From Trueperaceae bacterium (lineage in GTDB: Bacteria; Deinococcota; Deinococci; Deinococcales; Trueperaceae), in NCBI GenBank assembly GCA_965213925.1, contig OZ243927.1, forward strand, positions 1,952,001 to 2,016,000: 64,000 bases of DNA, written 5' to 3'. A program made the position numbers and the translations under genes. The notes under the pieces were generated by a model that had not been told where the DNA came from, made no database searches, and worked only from the letters and a program-made list of their open reading frames with translations. Below, piece after piece: positions 39,004-48,457 of this stretch (positions within the stretch are counted from its first letter, which is position 1; the number at the start of each line of letters is the position of its first letter).

Positions 39004-39582
39004 TCAGTCTTCGACCGCTTCGGGGCGCTCGCGTCCTTTGACGTGCCACTCGGTTTCGGACACGCCTGCGCGTGCGTTCACCACCCGCGACATCACGAAG
39101 AGAAGGTCCGAGAGCCTGTTGAGGTACACGCCGACGTGTTCATTGACCTCCGCCTCGTGCATCAGCTCCACGACTTTGCGCTCCGCGCGGCGCGTGACGC
39201 CTCTCGCGACGTGCAGGGCTGCCGCCGCCGGATGGCCGCCCGGCAAGATGAAGTTTTGTAAGGGCGAAAGCTCCTCTTCTAACGTATCGATGAGCTTCTC
39301 AACGTGCGCCACGTCCTCTTCGTCTATCGGCACGATGTTCTCGCGGTAGCGTGAGCCGTGCGGCGAGGCTAAGTCCGCGCCTAAGTCAAAGAGGGCGTTT
39401 TGTAGCTTGGCGAGTTCGCTACCTAAGGCTTCGTCCGCTAGGTGCGCCCGCGCCGCGCCTAGCGCCGCGTTCGCCTCGTCCACCGTGCCGTACGCGCTTA
39501 CCCGCCGCGCATCTTTGGAGACGCGCTCGCCGCCGTAGAGGGCGGTGGTGCCCTTATCGCCTGTTTTGGTGTAGATTTTCAT
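39004..39582 (-). CDS. PduO-type ATP:cob(I)alamin adenosyltransferase
   Basis: MKIYTKTGDKGTT, YGTVDEAN, FILPGG, RRAER and YLNRLSDLLF. Confidence 0.93.
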   Translation of the reverse strand: MKIYTKTGDKGTTALYGGERVSKDARRVSAYGTVDEANAALGAARAHLADEALGSELAKLQNALFDLGADLASPHGSRYRENIVPIDEEDVAHVEKLIDTLEEELSPLQNFILPGGHPAAAALHVARGVTRRAERKVVELMHEAEVNEHVGVYLNRLSDLLFVMSRVVNARAGVSETEWHVKGRERPEAVED

Positions 39583-39704
39583 CCTTTCAGCATAGCGTAT
39601 GTGAGAGGCTGACAGCACCAGGCTAGGTGTTGGCTTCCGTACATACGCCTTTAATGAGCGAACCACTTCACGGAGCGCCTGTCGTTCCACCCGTACAATA
39701 ACTC

Positions 39705-40121
39705 ATGACTCACTCACCTACGCCTACGGCTCCACTCTTGGAGCACGCTCAGCTAACGGACTACCTCCGTGAGTTGCAAGCCCAATACGACCTAGGGGAT
39801 TGGCAGCTCGAGGTCAAGTTCGTGCCTGAGGCGAGCCTAGGCGCTGGGCGCGCAGCAGAACTCTACTTAGAGGAGCCCTACCGCTACGCCCGCGTTGACC
39901 TAGCGGACAGTCTGCGGGGTGCGCCCTTCAGCGTGGTCGCGCATATTTTAGAGCATGAGGTGCAGCACGTCGCCCTGTGGCCCCTCGACGCGCTCCGGGC
40001 GCTCGTTTTGGAGTGCGTCCCCGACACGCTCTACGGACCGCTAAGAGGTGAGTTCAACCGCGTGAACGAGCGGCTTAGAGCGACCTTAGAGCGCGTGCAA
40101 AAGAAAAGCGCTCCTTTGTGA
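39705..40121 (+). CDS. Hypothetical protein with HExxH motif
   Basis: HILEHEVQH; TACAAT -10 box 5 nt before ATG. Confidence 0.6.
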   Translation: MTHSPTPTAPLLEHAQLTDYLRELQAQYDLGDWQLEVKFVPEASLGAGRAAELYLEEPYRYARVDLADSLRGAPFSVVAHILEHEVQHVALWPLDALRALVLECVPDTLYGPLRGEFNRVNERLRATLERVQKKSAPL

Positions 40122-40166
40122 AGAGCGCCTAGCAAAGATTGAAGTGTAGGTGACCTACTGGGTTCG

Positions 40167-40385
40167 TCAAACCTGGCTGTTCTGCGTATCTTGCTCCTGC
40201 GCAAAGTTGTCTAGCTCCTCTTTTGCTTGAGCCTGGGAGTAGCCGTAGCGTTCGGAGATACGCTCGGCTAACTTATCCTGTGAATTCTCGCCCTGGGCGA
40301 CGTCCTCAGGGGTGAGCTTGTCGAAACGCTGCTGCAACGAATCCTTGTGTTGGGGGTAGTTACGCTGAATCTCGTCCCACGTCAT
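40167..40385 (-). CDS. CsbD/YjbJ family stress protein
   Basis: MTWDEIQ...KLTPED...ISERYGYSQAQAKEEL; AAGGAG RBS. Confidence 0.8.
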   Translation of the reverse strand: MTWDEIQRNYPQHKDSLQQRFDKLTPEDVAQGENSQDKLAERISERYGYSQAQAKEELDNFAQEQDTQNSQV

Positions 40386-40673
40386 ATGAAGCTCCTTTGC
40401 ACTATTGGTTTGTGGTTTCGGGCTGACCCCCATAGATTAGAGCAAGCGAAGGGGTCTAAGATATAAAAAATTTCATAGTATGTGAGTTTGGTGATATCGA
40501 CGGTTCGGCAGGATTTTCAGCTTTCTTGACCCCCTCATACGGATTCCGATGATAACGGAATGAACGACGAAGGAGGCTCACTCTTGCAGCCTCGGCAACC
40601 ACGCTAGCCGATATCAGAGCCTAAGGGCTATACACAAGGTGCCCTCGTGATTTAATGGTTCCAGAGGTCAACT

Positions 40674-41618
40674 ATGAAAAAAGAGCATCAAGAGGGGCGT
40701 AGAGGTACGCACGAGGCGGTCACGGACGCCCGCAATGAGGACGTACAGGTCTATATCAATGGCGCGTTTTATCCGAGGGACAAAGCGAAAATTTCCGTTT
40801 TCGATAGCGGCTATTTAGTCGGTGACGGGGTGTGGGAAGGTATTCGGCTAAATAACGGGTCCTTCGCTTTTTTGGATCGCCACTTGGACAGACTGTTCCA
40901 AGGGGCAAAAGCCATCGACTTGGATATCGGCAAGACGCGCGAAGAACTCGCCGAAGCCTTGCGCGAGACCGCGCGACGAAACGCGATGACCACGGACGTG
41001 CACATGCGCCTCATGGTCACGCGCGGAGACAAGAAGACGCCCGCGCAAGACCCGCGCTTGACAGTGTCTCCGCCGAATATCGTCATCATCGCAGAGCACA
41101 AAGTCGCCGACCCCGACGTGAAGCGCCAGGGGATTCGGCTTTTCACCTCTTCGGTGCGCAGACCTCCGCCGCAGACGCTCGACGCGAAGCTCAACTGCCA
41201 CAGCAAACTGCACGAGGTCATCGCGCTCATTCAAGCCTTGAAAGCGGGCGCGGACGAGGCGCTCATGCTGGACGTACATGGCAACGTGGCGACGTGTAAC
41301 GCGACGAACTTCTTTATCGTCACGAGAGGTCAAGCTGGAAAAGAAAAAGAGGTCTGGACCTCTTCGGGGCAGCACTGCTTGAACGGCGTCACGCGGCGGC
41401 TCGTCTTAGAGCTTTGCGCGGCGGACGGCGTCCCCGCGCACGAGCGCGACTTCTCTTTAACGGATGTCTACAGCGCCGACGAAGCCTTCGTGACGGGAAC
41501 CTTCGGCAGCCTCACGCCCGTGGTGGCGGTGGACGGGCGCGTGATTGGAACGGGTGAACCGGGCGAGATGACGGCGCGACTTTCAAACCTCTATAAAGAG
41601 GCGGTAGAACGTGCCTGA
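40674..41618 (+). CDS. Class IV PLP-dependent aminotransferase (BCAT/D-amino acid aminotransferase-like)
   Basis: SVFDSGYLVGDGVWEG, HLDRL, KLNCHSKL, DEALML, LNGVTR and DEAFVTGT. Confidence 0.9.
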   Translation: MKKEHQEGRRGTHEAVTDARNEDVQVYINGAFYPRDKAKISVFDSGYLVGDGVWEGIRLNNGSFAFLDRHLDRLFQGAKAIDLDIGKTREELAEALRETARRNAMTTDVHMRLMVTRGDKKTPAQDPRLTVSPPNIVIIAEHKVADPDVKRQGIRLFTSSVRRPPPQTLDAKLNCHSKLHEVIALIQALKAGADEALMLDVHGNVATCNATNFFIVTRGQAGKEKEVWTSSGQHCLNGVTRRLVLELCAADGVPAHERDFSLTDVYSADEAFVTGTFGSLTPVVAVDGRVIGTGEPGEMTARLSNLYKEAVERA

Positions 41619-42363
41619 TAGTATTAAGGAAGACTGCGTACGCCTCTCCATGTGGTCGGGACCGCGCAACATTTCCACCGCGCTCATGTACAGCTTTCGC
41701 CAGCGTAGCGACACGCAGGTCTTCGACGAACCTCTTTACGGTCACTACCTGAATGTCACGGACGCGCAGCATCCCGGTGAAGAAGAGGTCTTGAGGACGA
41801 TGGACACGGACGGTGAGCGCGTCGTGCGAGAGGTTCTTTTGGGCCCGTGCGACGCGCCCGTGCGCTTTTTCAAGAACATGGCGCATCATCTGACGAACCT
41901 AAACCGCGACTTTCTGGATGACGTGACGAACCTCTTGCTGACGAGAGACCCCAAGGAGATGCTCTTATCGCTCATCAGCCAGATTCCGCAGCCGACGCTG
42001 CGCGACACCGGGTTGGAGGAGCAAACGGAACTTCTTGACCTCATCCTCGAGCAGGGCAAAGCGCCCGTCGTGCTGGACGCGAAAGAGGTCTTGCTCGACC
42101 CGAGAGGCGTTCTAAAAGAGGCGTGTCGGCGGCTCGAGCTACCCTTTGAAAGCGCGATGCTCTCATGGCCCGCTGGTCCCAAGCCCGAGGACGGCGTGTG
42201 GGCGAAGTACTGGTACGACAGCGTGCACGCCTCGACCTCTTTCGCGCCGTATCGCCCTAAAAACGCGCCCTTCCCGGAGAGGTTGGAGCCTCTTTTGGAG
42301 GCGTGCCAACCCCTCTACGAACGCCTCTTTGCTCACGCCATCCGCGCCGACTCGTGGACGTGA
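41611..42363 (+). CDS. Sulfotransferase-like P-loop protein
   Basis: MWSGPRNISTALMYSF, DEPLY, KNMAHH, MLSWPAGP and DGVWAKYWY. Confidence 0.85.
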   Translation: MPDSIKEDCVRLSMWSGPRNISTALMYSFRQRSDTQVFDEPLYGHYLNVTDAQHPGEEEVLRTMDTDGERVVREVLLGPCDAPVRFFKNMAHHLTNLNRDFLDDVTNLLLTRDPKEMLLSLISQIPQPTLRDTGLEEQTELLDLILEQGKAPVVLDAKEVLLDPRGVLKEACRRLELPFESAMLSWPAGPKPEDGVWAKYWYDSVHASTSFAPYRPKNAPFPERLEPLLEACQPLYERLFAHAIRADSWT

Positions 42364-42944
42364 GCAAGCAGCACCTCTTAAGCCGCCGCCAGGGACACGT
42401 CGAGCGGTGGGCGCAGTTGCGGGCTGATACCTTTTTGGACGGGGCGGAACGCTTCGGCGTGTTCGTGCAGCATATCCTCGAGACCCTCTACCTCGAGGCG
42501 GCTTGGTCCCGACCCGTTGAGCAAGACCTCAGACGCGCCTTTTTAGACGACCTCGTCGACCTCTTCGTGCCGCCGCGCTTCGCCCTTTTTAAGCGCTTAG
42601 TGATGACCTCTCCCGCTGTACTAAGCGAGACGATCACGGATACCAAAGAAGACCGCGAGGGCTTTCATCCCGTTTTGAAACCGGGCGGCGGGCGCTTCCG
42701 CCACTTCGCGATGAACGCCGCCGCTGCCGAGCGCTACCCGCCGCTGCTCGTCGACTTGAGCGCTAGGGCCGTCGGCTACGACGTGCCGTGGCGGAACGAC
42801 CCGAGCGGCGACACGCGAGCCGACCTCGCCGCCAACCGCATCGGGCGCGACTTCTCGCGTTATCTTAGGGAGAACGGCGTAGGTGAACTCGCCGCAGACG
42901 CCGCCGTGCGGGACTGGGTCACGGCGCGGTTTCGTGCTGGATAA
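42360..42944 (+). CDS. Hypothetical protein
   Basis: GTG overlaps the previous stop (GTGA); high-GC codon pattern. Confidence 0.6.
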   Translation: MSKQHLLSRRQGHVERWAQLRADTFLDGAERFGVFVQHILETLYLEAAWSRPVEQDLRRAFLDDLVDLFVPPRFALFKRLVMTSPAVLSETITDTKEDREGFHPVLKPGGGRFRHFAMNAAAAERYPPLLVDLSARAVGYDVPWRNDPSGDTRADLAANRIGRDFSRYLRENGVGELAADAAVRDWVTARFRAG

Positions 42945-42950
42945 GATACA

Positions 42951-43064
42951 TATAGCAGGTATCATCTGGTCTGAGACACTCTCCCTGTACGAAGCGTCGC
43001 CTAGCACGCACGTTCGGTGATGATACCTGCGGCATTTTATCTCAGTATATTTTAGAACTGCTGA
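42951..43064 (+). repeat. Dispersed MITE-like repeat, copy B (short form)
   Basis: tatagcaggtatcatctggt...ctagcacgcacgttc...gatgatacctgcggca...aactgctg; perfect 12-bp internal inverted repeat gcaggtatcatc/gatgatacctgc. Confidence 0.8.
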
Positions 43065-43072
43065 CAAAAGAG

Positions 43073-43366
43073 GTGAGCAAGAGGTTGAGCGAGAAGGCAC
43101 AGGATACTCAGTGGTACATCTACATCGTGCGCTGCCGCAACGAGGCGCTCTATACGGGCGTCACCACCGACCTCGCGCGGCGCGTTGCGGAGCATAACCG
43201 GGGCAAGGGCGCGCGCTACACCCGCGCGAACGGTCCCGTCGAACTCGTCTACAGCGAACGCGCAGAGGGTCACGCGCAGGCGCTCCGGCGCGAGCGTGCG
43301 ATCAAGCGCACCACGCGGCGCAGGAAGCTCGAGCTTGTTCGCGGCGGGGAAAAGGTTAAAGCGTGA
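43073..43366 (+). CDS. GIY-YIG nuclease family protein (YazA/YhbQ-like)
   Basis: YIYIVRC, LYTGVTTDL, RVAEHN, GARYTR and ALRRERAIK. Confidence 0.9.
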   Translation: MSKRLSEKAQDTQWYIYIVRCRNEALYTGVTTDLARRVAEHNRGKGARYTRANGPVELVYSERAEGHAQALRRERAIKRTTRRRKLELVRGGEKVKA

Positions 43367-43411
43367 GCGGAACTTTGCAGTGGGCAAAGTTCCGCTCTGT
43401 TCAGGATTGCG

Positions 43412-43693
43412 CTAGTCGATCTTTAAGGGACCGAACTGCGTCAAGCCTGACTTCGTGCGCAGCACGACCCAGTAGAAGCCCGGTCGCGGCTGCGGCACGC
43501 TGAACTGGCCATCTTTGACCGCCGCTTCGACGGTGGGCGCGTGCGGCGCGTGGAGGATGATGTAGCCTTGGGCGTCGGCGTAGACGCCGGTGAATTGACC
43601 TTGTAAGCGGTCTTGGTGGGGGGTTAGCTCGAGGGGCGAGGTCATCATGAAGGGGCTAAGCGCGGCTGAGGTGTGGGTGGCAAACGCTGACAT
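43412..43693 (-). CDS. Hypothetical protein (start uncertain)
   Basis: Plausible beta-rich ORF; the 5' end lacks a convincing RBS. Confidence 0.4.
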   Translation of the reverse strand: MSAFATHTSAALSPFMMTSPLELTPHQDRLQGQFTGVYADAQGYIILHAPHAPTVEAAVKDGQFSVPQPRPGFYWVVLRTKSGLTQFGPLKID

Positions 43694-43917
43694 AAAGAGA
43701 GTGTAGCAGAGCGTGCCTGACGCGATTCTTACTCGTGGTCTCGCTCGGGGTCTTGCTTGGCGTCTCGCTCGTGGTTTTGCCCTCGGATAGGGTGTGCATC
43801 GTCGTGATGCCGGCTAAAGCGGCGACGTTTTTCGGGGTCCATACATGCATAGCTCGTAGCCTACCCTCTCGCACCTCAGTATGGTGTGGCGCTGCGTCAG
43901 ATTCAACTTCACATTTG

Positions 43918-44075
43918 TAGCAGGTATTAAAGTCCGTCTCTCAAGGCTACGCCCGACTTCGTGAAGACGTTCGGAGCTGGTTTGAAACACGCTCACTTGA
44001 AAGAACATGCTCTAGCACGCACGTTGAAAGATGATGCCTGCGGCACTTCGTCTCAGTAGGCTGCGGAATTGCTGT
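43918..44075 (+). repeat. Dispersed MITE-like repeat, copy C (long form)
   Basis: tagcaggtat...ctggtttgaaacacgctcacttgaaagaacatgctctagcacgcacgtt...gatgatgcctgcggcac...aattgctgt. Confidence 0.8.
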
Positions 44076-44095
44076 TGTACGCGCGCCGCCCGGAG

Positions 44096-47000
44096 TCACG
44101 GCTGCACTAGCGCGTCCTCCTCGCACATCTCCACGAAGACGGGCACGAGCGCCGGGTCGAATTGGGTGCCCGCATTTCTCCTGATCTCGGCGATAGCCTT
44201 CGCCACGGGCCACGCCTCCTTGTAAGGGCGCTTGCTCGTGAGCGCGTCGAACACGTCGATGAGGCTGAACATACGCGCCATGAGGGGGATGGCTTCGCCC
44301 GCGAGCCCGTCGGGGTAGCCATGGCCGTCCCAGCGTTCGTGGTGGCTGCGCACGACCTCGCGCGTCTTTTGGGGCAGAAAGGGGATATCGCGGCAGGTCG
44401 CGTGACCGATGACGGTGTGCTCCTTGATCGCTTCGAATTCATGGTCTTCTAGCTTGCCCGGTTTGAGCAGGATGTTGTCGGCGATAGCGACCTTGCCGAT
44501 GTCGTGCAGGTACGCGCCCCAGCGCAACTCCTGCAACTCGCCCTTGCTGAAGCCCAGGTGTTTGCCTAGGCGCAGTGACAAGCTCATCACGCGGTCGGTG
44601 TGCCCCTTCGTTTCGAAGTCGCGGTATTCCAGCACGAGCCCGAGCGAGCGTAAGGTCGCCTCGCGAGTCGCCTCGACCTCGCGCAGGTTGTCGGCGCGCT
44701 CCAAGGCGTTCTCCAAGCGCTTGACGAAGTTGCGCGCCACGGTGAGCTGCTCCTCGCTGATCTTGACCGAGCGGAAAAAGCAGCAGAGGGCGATGACCTT
44801 GACGACCTCGCCGCGCTGCTTGACGGGGATGACCAGGAGCGTCGTGACGCCTAGCGCCGCGTACGCGGGCAGCGCGTGGTCCCACGCGCGGTAGTCCGAG
44901 ACGAAGGCGACCTCGCCCGTTCTGGCGACGCGCCCCGCTAAACCTTCGCCTACCGGGATAGGCGCGCGCACGTACTCGAGCCGCTCCGGGTACGAGCCGT
45001 AGAGGTTGACGGGGTGGCACACGTCGTCTCTGATGTCATAGTAGGTCGCCATGTCCATGCCGATCTGCTCGCTCAAACTGGTGAGCCCGAGTTCCATAAG
45101 CGCGCCGACGTCGTTGATCTCCTCGATCGCCTCGCCGAAATTCGCGAGCGCCCGGTACGCCCGCGCCTCGCGCTTCGTCTTGCCGACCAAGCCGAGGCGC
45201 ACGAGCGCGCCCGTACAGCTCTGCGCGACAGCCTCGGCAAACGCCACGTCGCTGGGCGAGAAGGTCGCGTCGCCCCAGACCGAGAGCACGCCGATGACCT
45301 CGCCGTTGGAGTCCAGGAGCGGGCAGCCGATGTAGTGCCTCAGTTTGCTGGGTCGATCATCAGGCTCGGCGCTATAAGCCAGAGAGGGGCGCGTGGGCGA
45401 CTCGAGCTGGGCGGGTTGTGCTGGCGGCTGCGAACGGTCATCAGCGCAAAAATCGTCGTCCGCGAGGACGTTCTCTAAAGAGAGCGGTTTGCCGCCCATC
45501 AGCACGTGCCAACTCACGCCGCGGCCGCGCGGCAGTTCCTGACCCACCGCGCATTCACCGCGGCGGCTCCAGTTCGCGACGACGGTCAGCACGTCGCGGT
45601 CCGCGTCGAAGCGGAGGATGCTGCTCGACGATGCTGAGGTGCGCGAGACGATCATCTGAGTGGTGCTCTCGTAGACTTCGGCGAAACTCGCCGCGCCGCG
45701 CAGGGCTTCGTTGGCTGCGACGAGCGCGTTCATCCGCTCGAGCTGCCGCTGCACCTGTTCGCGCTCGGCTTCTTTGGCGAGGGCGAGTTCGACGCTGCTC
45801 GCCACCTGCGAGACGAACGTCTGGATAAGCGGGTCAAAGGCGTGGGGCCTGCGCGCCGACACCTCCAACATGCCCCACAAGGTGTTGCGCCTTTTGAGCG
45901 GATAGAGCAAGCACGCGCGCGCTTGCGTCCCGGTCTCTCTCCAGGTCGCCTCGCCGTGCAAGTCGGGGCTATAGACGGGCTGCGCCCGGAGCGCGGCGTG
46001 GGCGGCGAACCCTTTAGGCGCGCGCAGATTGAGCATGTCGCCCTGCGTCAAGGTGCGGTGTACCTGCGCGCGCGCGTCTTGGGTTAGCCCGTAGAGATCG
46101 ACCTCCAGATGTTCGGACGAGGTGAGGCGGTAGACGCAGACGTGGTCGACGCCGATGGGCGCGTCCAGCAGGAGCTTGGCGAGCAGCGGGAAAAAGTCCT
46201 CCAGTGCGCCAAACGCCAAGAGGAGGCGCTCGAGCTGACCCAAAAGCGTCCCCACCGCGCTCCGGCGCTCCGCCTCACGCTGAAGCTGCAGGCGGCGCAG
46301 CACCACGCCGACCTGCTTGGCGAGCACCTCGGCGAACTGCACCGTCTCCTCGGAGAAGGCGTGCTGGGAGCTAAAGCTCTCCAGGTTGATGAGCGCTTCT
46401 AAGCGTCCGCCCAGCACGACCGGGGCAGCCAGCGTCACCTCGATCTCGTTTAGGCGGCCCGAGTCGCGAAGCTGCGCGCGTTTTTGCGGGGCGTGCTCGC
46501 CGCTACGGTAGTGGACGAGTCGCGGCCGGCTCACACCCTCGCCTTCCACGTGCCACTCGCGCAGCTCACGCTCCATGTAGCGCACCTCTCGGAGGGACGC
46601 TAAGTCGTAGCCCCTAACTGCCACATAGCGAAACTCGCCCTCCGCCGCTCCGCCCCCTTCCGCGCCACTGTCTTGCATCAAACTGTCCTGTACTAGACTG
46701 TCCCGCACCAGCACGCTGCCCCCTTCAGCCCCCGGAATCGCCTCGACCGCGCGGTCGATGAAGTGCTGATAAAAGCTCTCGTCGAGCGTGTCCGCCAGGA
46801 CGGTGCTCGAGACCTCCATGAGGTGCTGCTGGACGTGCGCCCACGTCTCGGCGCGCCGCTGCACCTCCAAGCGCTGCAACACGACGCCTAGTTGCGCGCC
46901 GAAAATCTGGGCGGTCTTCAAGGCCTCCTGGTCGAAGGCGTCCGGGCTGCAGAAGTTATCGAAGAAGAGCACCGCCCGCATCGTTGGTCCGACCATGACC

Positions 47001-47404
47001 GGCACCGAGAGCGCGACCTTGATCGCCTCCGCCTTGCCGACCTCGTTGAGGGTGCGCCGCGCGCCCTCGCGCACCACCTCGCGGTTGACCTGCGCGTAGT
47101 TGCGCGCCAAGTAGGGTCTATAGGTCTGCACGTCGATGGTCGGCGCAAGCTCGTCTAAGGTGAGCGAGACCTCCTGCAAGCTCGCCAAGTCGTACCCTAC
47201 CGCCGCGCAAATCCGGTAGTCGCCCGAAGGCTCGAGGAGGAAGATGCTGCCCGCTTGGGCGTTGGGGATAACGGGCACGGCGCGCTCTAAAAGCCGCCTG
47301 TAAAACGCGCCGTCCTCGCCGTGCGTGAGCGCGTCGCTGATCACGTCTAAGAGGGCTTCGCGAAAGCTGTCTAAGCTGTTCGCCCCAAACTTAACCCCGG
47401 ACAT
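44096..47404 (-). CDS. Multi-GAF HD-GYP cyclic dinucleotide phosphodiesterase
   Basis: About five GAF-like repeats; ETKGHTDRV, LHDIGK, HHERWDGHGYP and DVFDALTSKRPYK. Confidence 0.92.
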   Translation of the reverse strand: MSGVKFGANSLDSFREALLDVISDALTHGEDGAFYRRLLERAVPVIPNAQAGSIFLLEPSGDYRICAAVGYDLASLQEVSLTLDELAPTIDVQTYRPYLARNYAQVNREVVREGARRTLNEVGKAEAIKVALSVPVMVGPTMRAVLFFDNFCSPDAFDQEALKTAQIFGAQLGVVLQRLEVQRRAETWAHVQQHLMEVSSTVLADTLDESFYQHFIDRAVEAIPGAEGGSVLVRDSLVQDSLMQDSGAEGGGAAEGEFRYVAVRGYDLASLREVRYMERELREWHVEGEGVSRPRLVHYRSGEHAPQKRAQLRDSGRLNEIEVTLAAPVVLGGRLEALINLESFSSQHAFSEETVQFAEVLAKQVGVVLRRLQLQREAERRSAVGTLLGQLERLLLAFGALEDFFPLLAKLLLDAPIGVDHVCVYRLTSSEHLEVDLYGLTQDARAQVHRTLTQGDMLNLRAPKGFAAHAALRAQPVYSPDLHGEATWRETGTQARACLLYPLKRRNTLWGMLEVSARRPHAFDPLIQTFVSQVASSVELALAKEAEREQVQRQLERMNALVAANEALRGAASFAEVYESTTQMIVSRTSASSSSILRFDADRDVLTVVANWSRRGECAVGQELPRGRGVSWHVLMGGKPLSLENVLADDDFCADDRSQPPAQPAQLESPTRPSLAYSAEPDDRPSKLRHYIGCPLLDSNGEVIGVLSVWGDATFSPSDVAFAEAVAQSCTGALVRLGLVGKTKREARAYRALANFGEAIEEINDVGALMELGLTSLSEQIGMDMATYYDIRDDVCHPVNLYGSYPERLEYVRAPIPVGEGLAGRVARTGEVAFVSDYRAWDHALPAYAALGVTTLLVIPVKQRGEVVKVIALCCFFRSVKISEEQLTVARNFVKRLENALERADNLREVEATREATLRSLGLVLEYRDFETKGHTDRVMSLSLRLGKHLGFSKGELQELRWGAYLHDIGKVAIADNILLKPGKLEDHEFEAIKEHTVIGHATCRDIPFLPQKTREVVRSHHERWDGHGYPDGLAGEAIPLMARMFSLIDVFDALTSKRPYKEAWPVAKAIAEIRRNAGTQFDPALVPVFVEMCEEDALVQP

Positions 47405-47854
47405 TCACCACATCCGAGAGCCGAGCGGTAGAAGCTCGCGCAGTAGAAGCCCGCAACGTAAGGGCCCACACCGCAAGAGAGACGTACCACCGACGAATCA
47501 TAGCTATAAGGTGTCACGCACGCGGACGCGCGTGCGTGAAGTATTCGTCTCGTGCGTAAAAATGTGAAGTATATGTGGGAAAATAGGGGTGCAGCTGTAA
47601 CGTGCGACTTTAAGCACTCGTAATCTATTGCTCTACTATCCTAGAAAAGTCATAATCATCTTTCTTAGTGAGGGAGTGCGCGGCGTAGGGGTGATTCATA
47701 TGGTCATAAACTATGTACCCCTACGAAGCAGCGCGACTTGCGCAGAGCTTTGGAGTCGTTAAAACTAATTCTGTAGGGGTACTTATAAGCTCGAGCACTA
47801 CGAGCGAGGGGTCGCATTCCTACGACACGCGCGTCATCCTAGATAGAGTCACCC

Positions 47855-48457
47855 CTAAAGCCAGCCCTTCTCCCGCGCGAACCGCGCCGCTTGAATCCGG
47901 TTAGGTGCGCCGAGCTTGTGAATCGCTTCGGAGAGGTAGTTCCTGACGGTGCCGTCCGAAAGCCCGAGTTCGCGGGCGATGTCGGCGCTCGTGAGACCTT
48001 GACCTGCTAAACGCAAGCAGCGGCGCTCGCGGTCCGTCAAGGGGTCGCGCTCGCCCCACGCTTCGGCGGCGAGTTCGGGATGAACCGCGCGGCCGCCCGT
48101 GTGGACGCGCCGTACGGCGTCAGCGAGGTCGCTCGCGGGCGAGTCTTTGAGCAGATAGCCCGCCGCGCCCGCCTCCAGCGCGCGGCGCAAATAGCCGCCT
48201 CTAGCGAAGGTCGTGACGATGATAACCCGCGTCGCGAGGCCTCTGTCCCGGAGCGCCCCGGCTAGCTCGAGCCCCGTGAGGTGCGGCATCTCGATGTCGG
48301 TTAAGAGCACGTCCGGGCGATGCTCCAAAACGAGGTCTAGCGCGGCGCGTCCGTCTCGCGCTTGAGCGACGATGGCGAGGTCGGGCTCGAGGTCTAAAAG
48401 CGCCGCCAGCGCCCCCAACACGAGCCCCTGGTCTTCGGCGATAACGACGCGAATCAC
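47855..48457 (-). CDS. NarL/DesR-family response regulator
   Basis: AEDQ, DIEMP, TTF, YLLKD and C-terminal LuxR HTH (GTVRNYLS). Confidence 0.95.
   Translation of the reverse strand: MIRVVIAEDQGLVLGALAALLDLEPDLAIVAQARDGRAALDLVLEHRPDVLLTDIEMPHLTGLELAGALRDRGLATRVIIVTTFARGGYLRRALEAGAAGYLLKDSPASDLADAVRRVHTGGRAVHPELAAEAWGERDPLTDRERRCLRLAGQGLTSADIARELGLSDGTVRNYLSEAIHKLGAPNRIQAARFAREKGWL

Noticed and set aside
43073..43366. GIY-YIG gene between repeat copies B and C as a composite mobile element
   Set aside because: It is the common stand-alone YazA/YhbQ type with no transposase, and the repeat also occurs beside unrelated genes
43656..43874. ORF with TTSETPSKTPSETTSK as frameshifted 5' part of 43412-43693
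   Set aside because: Possible, but no homology or slippery site supports joining them
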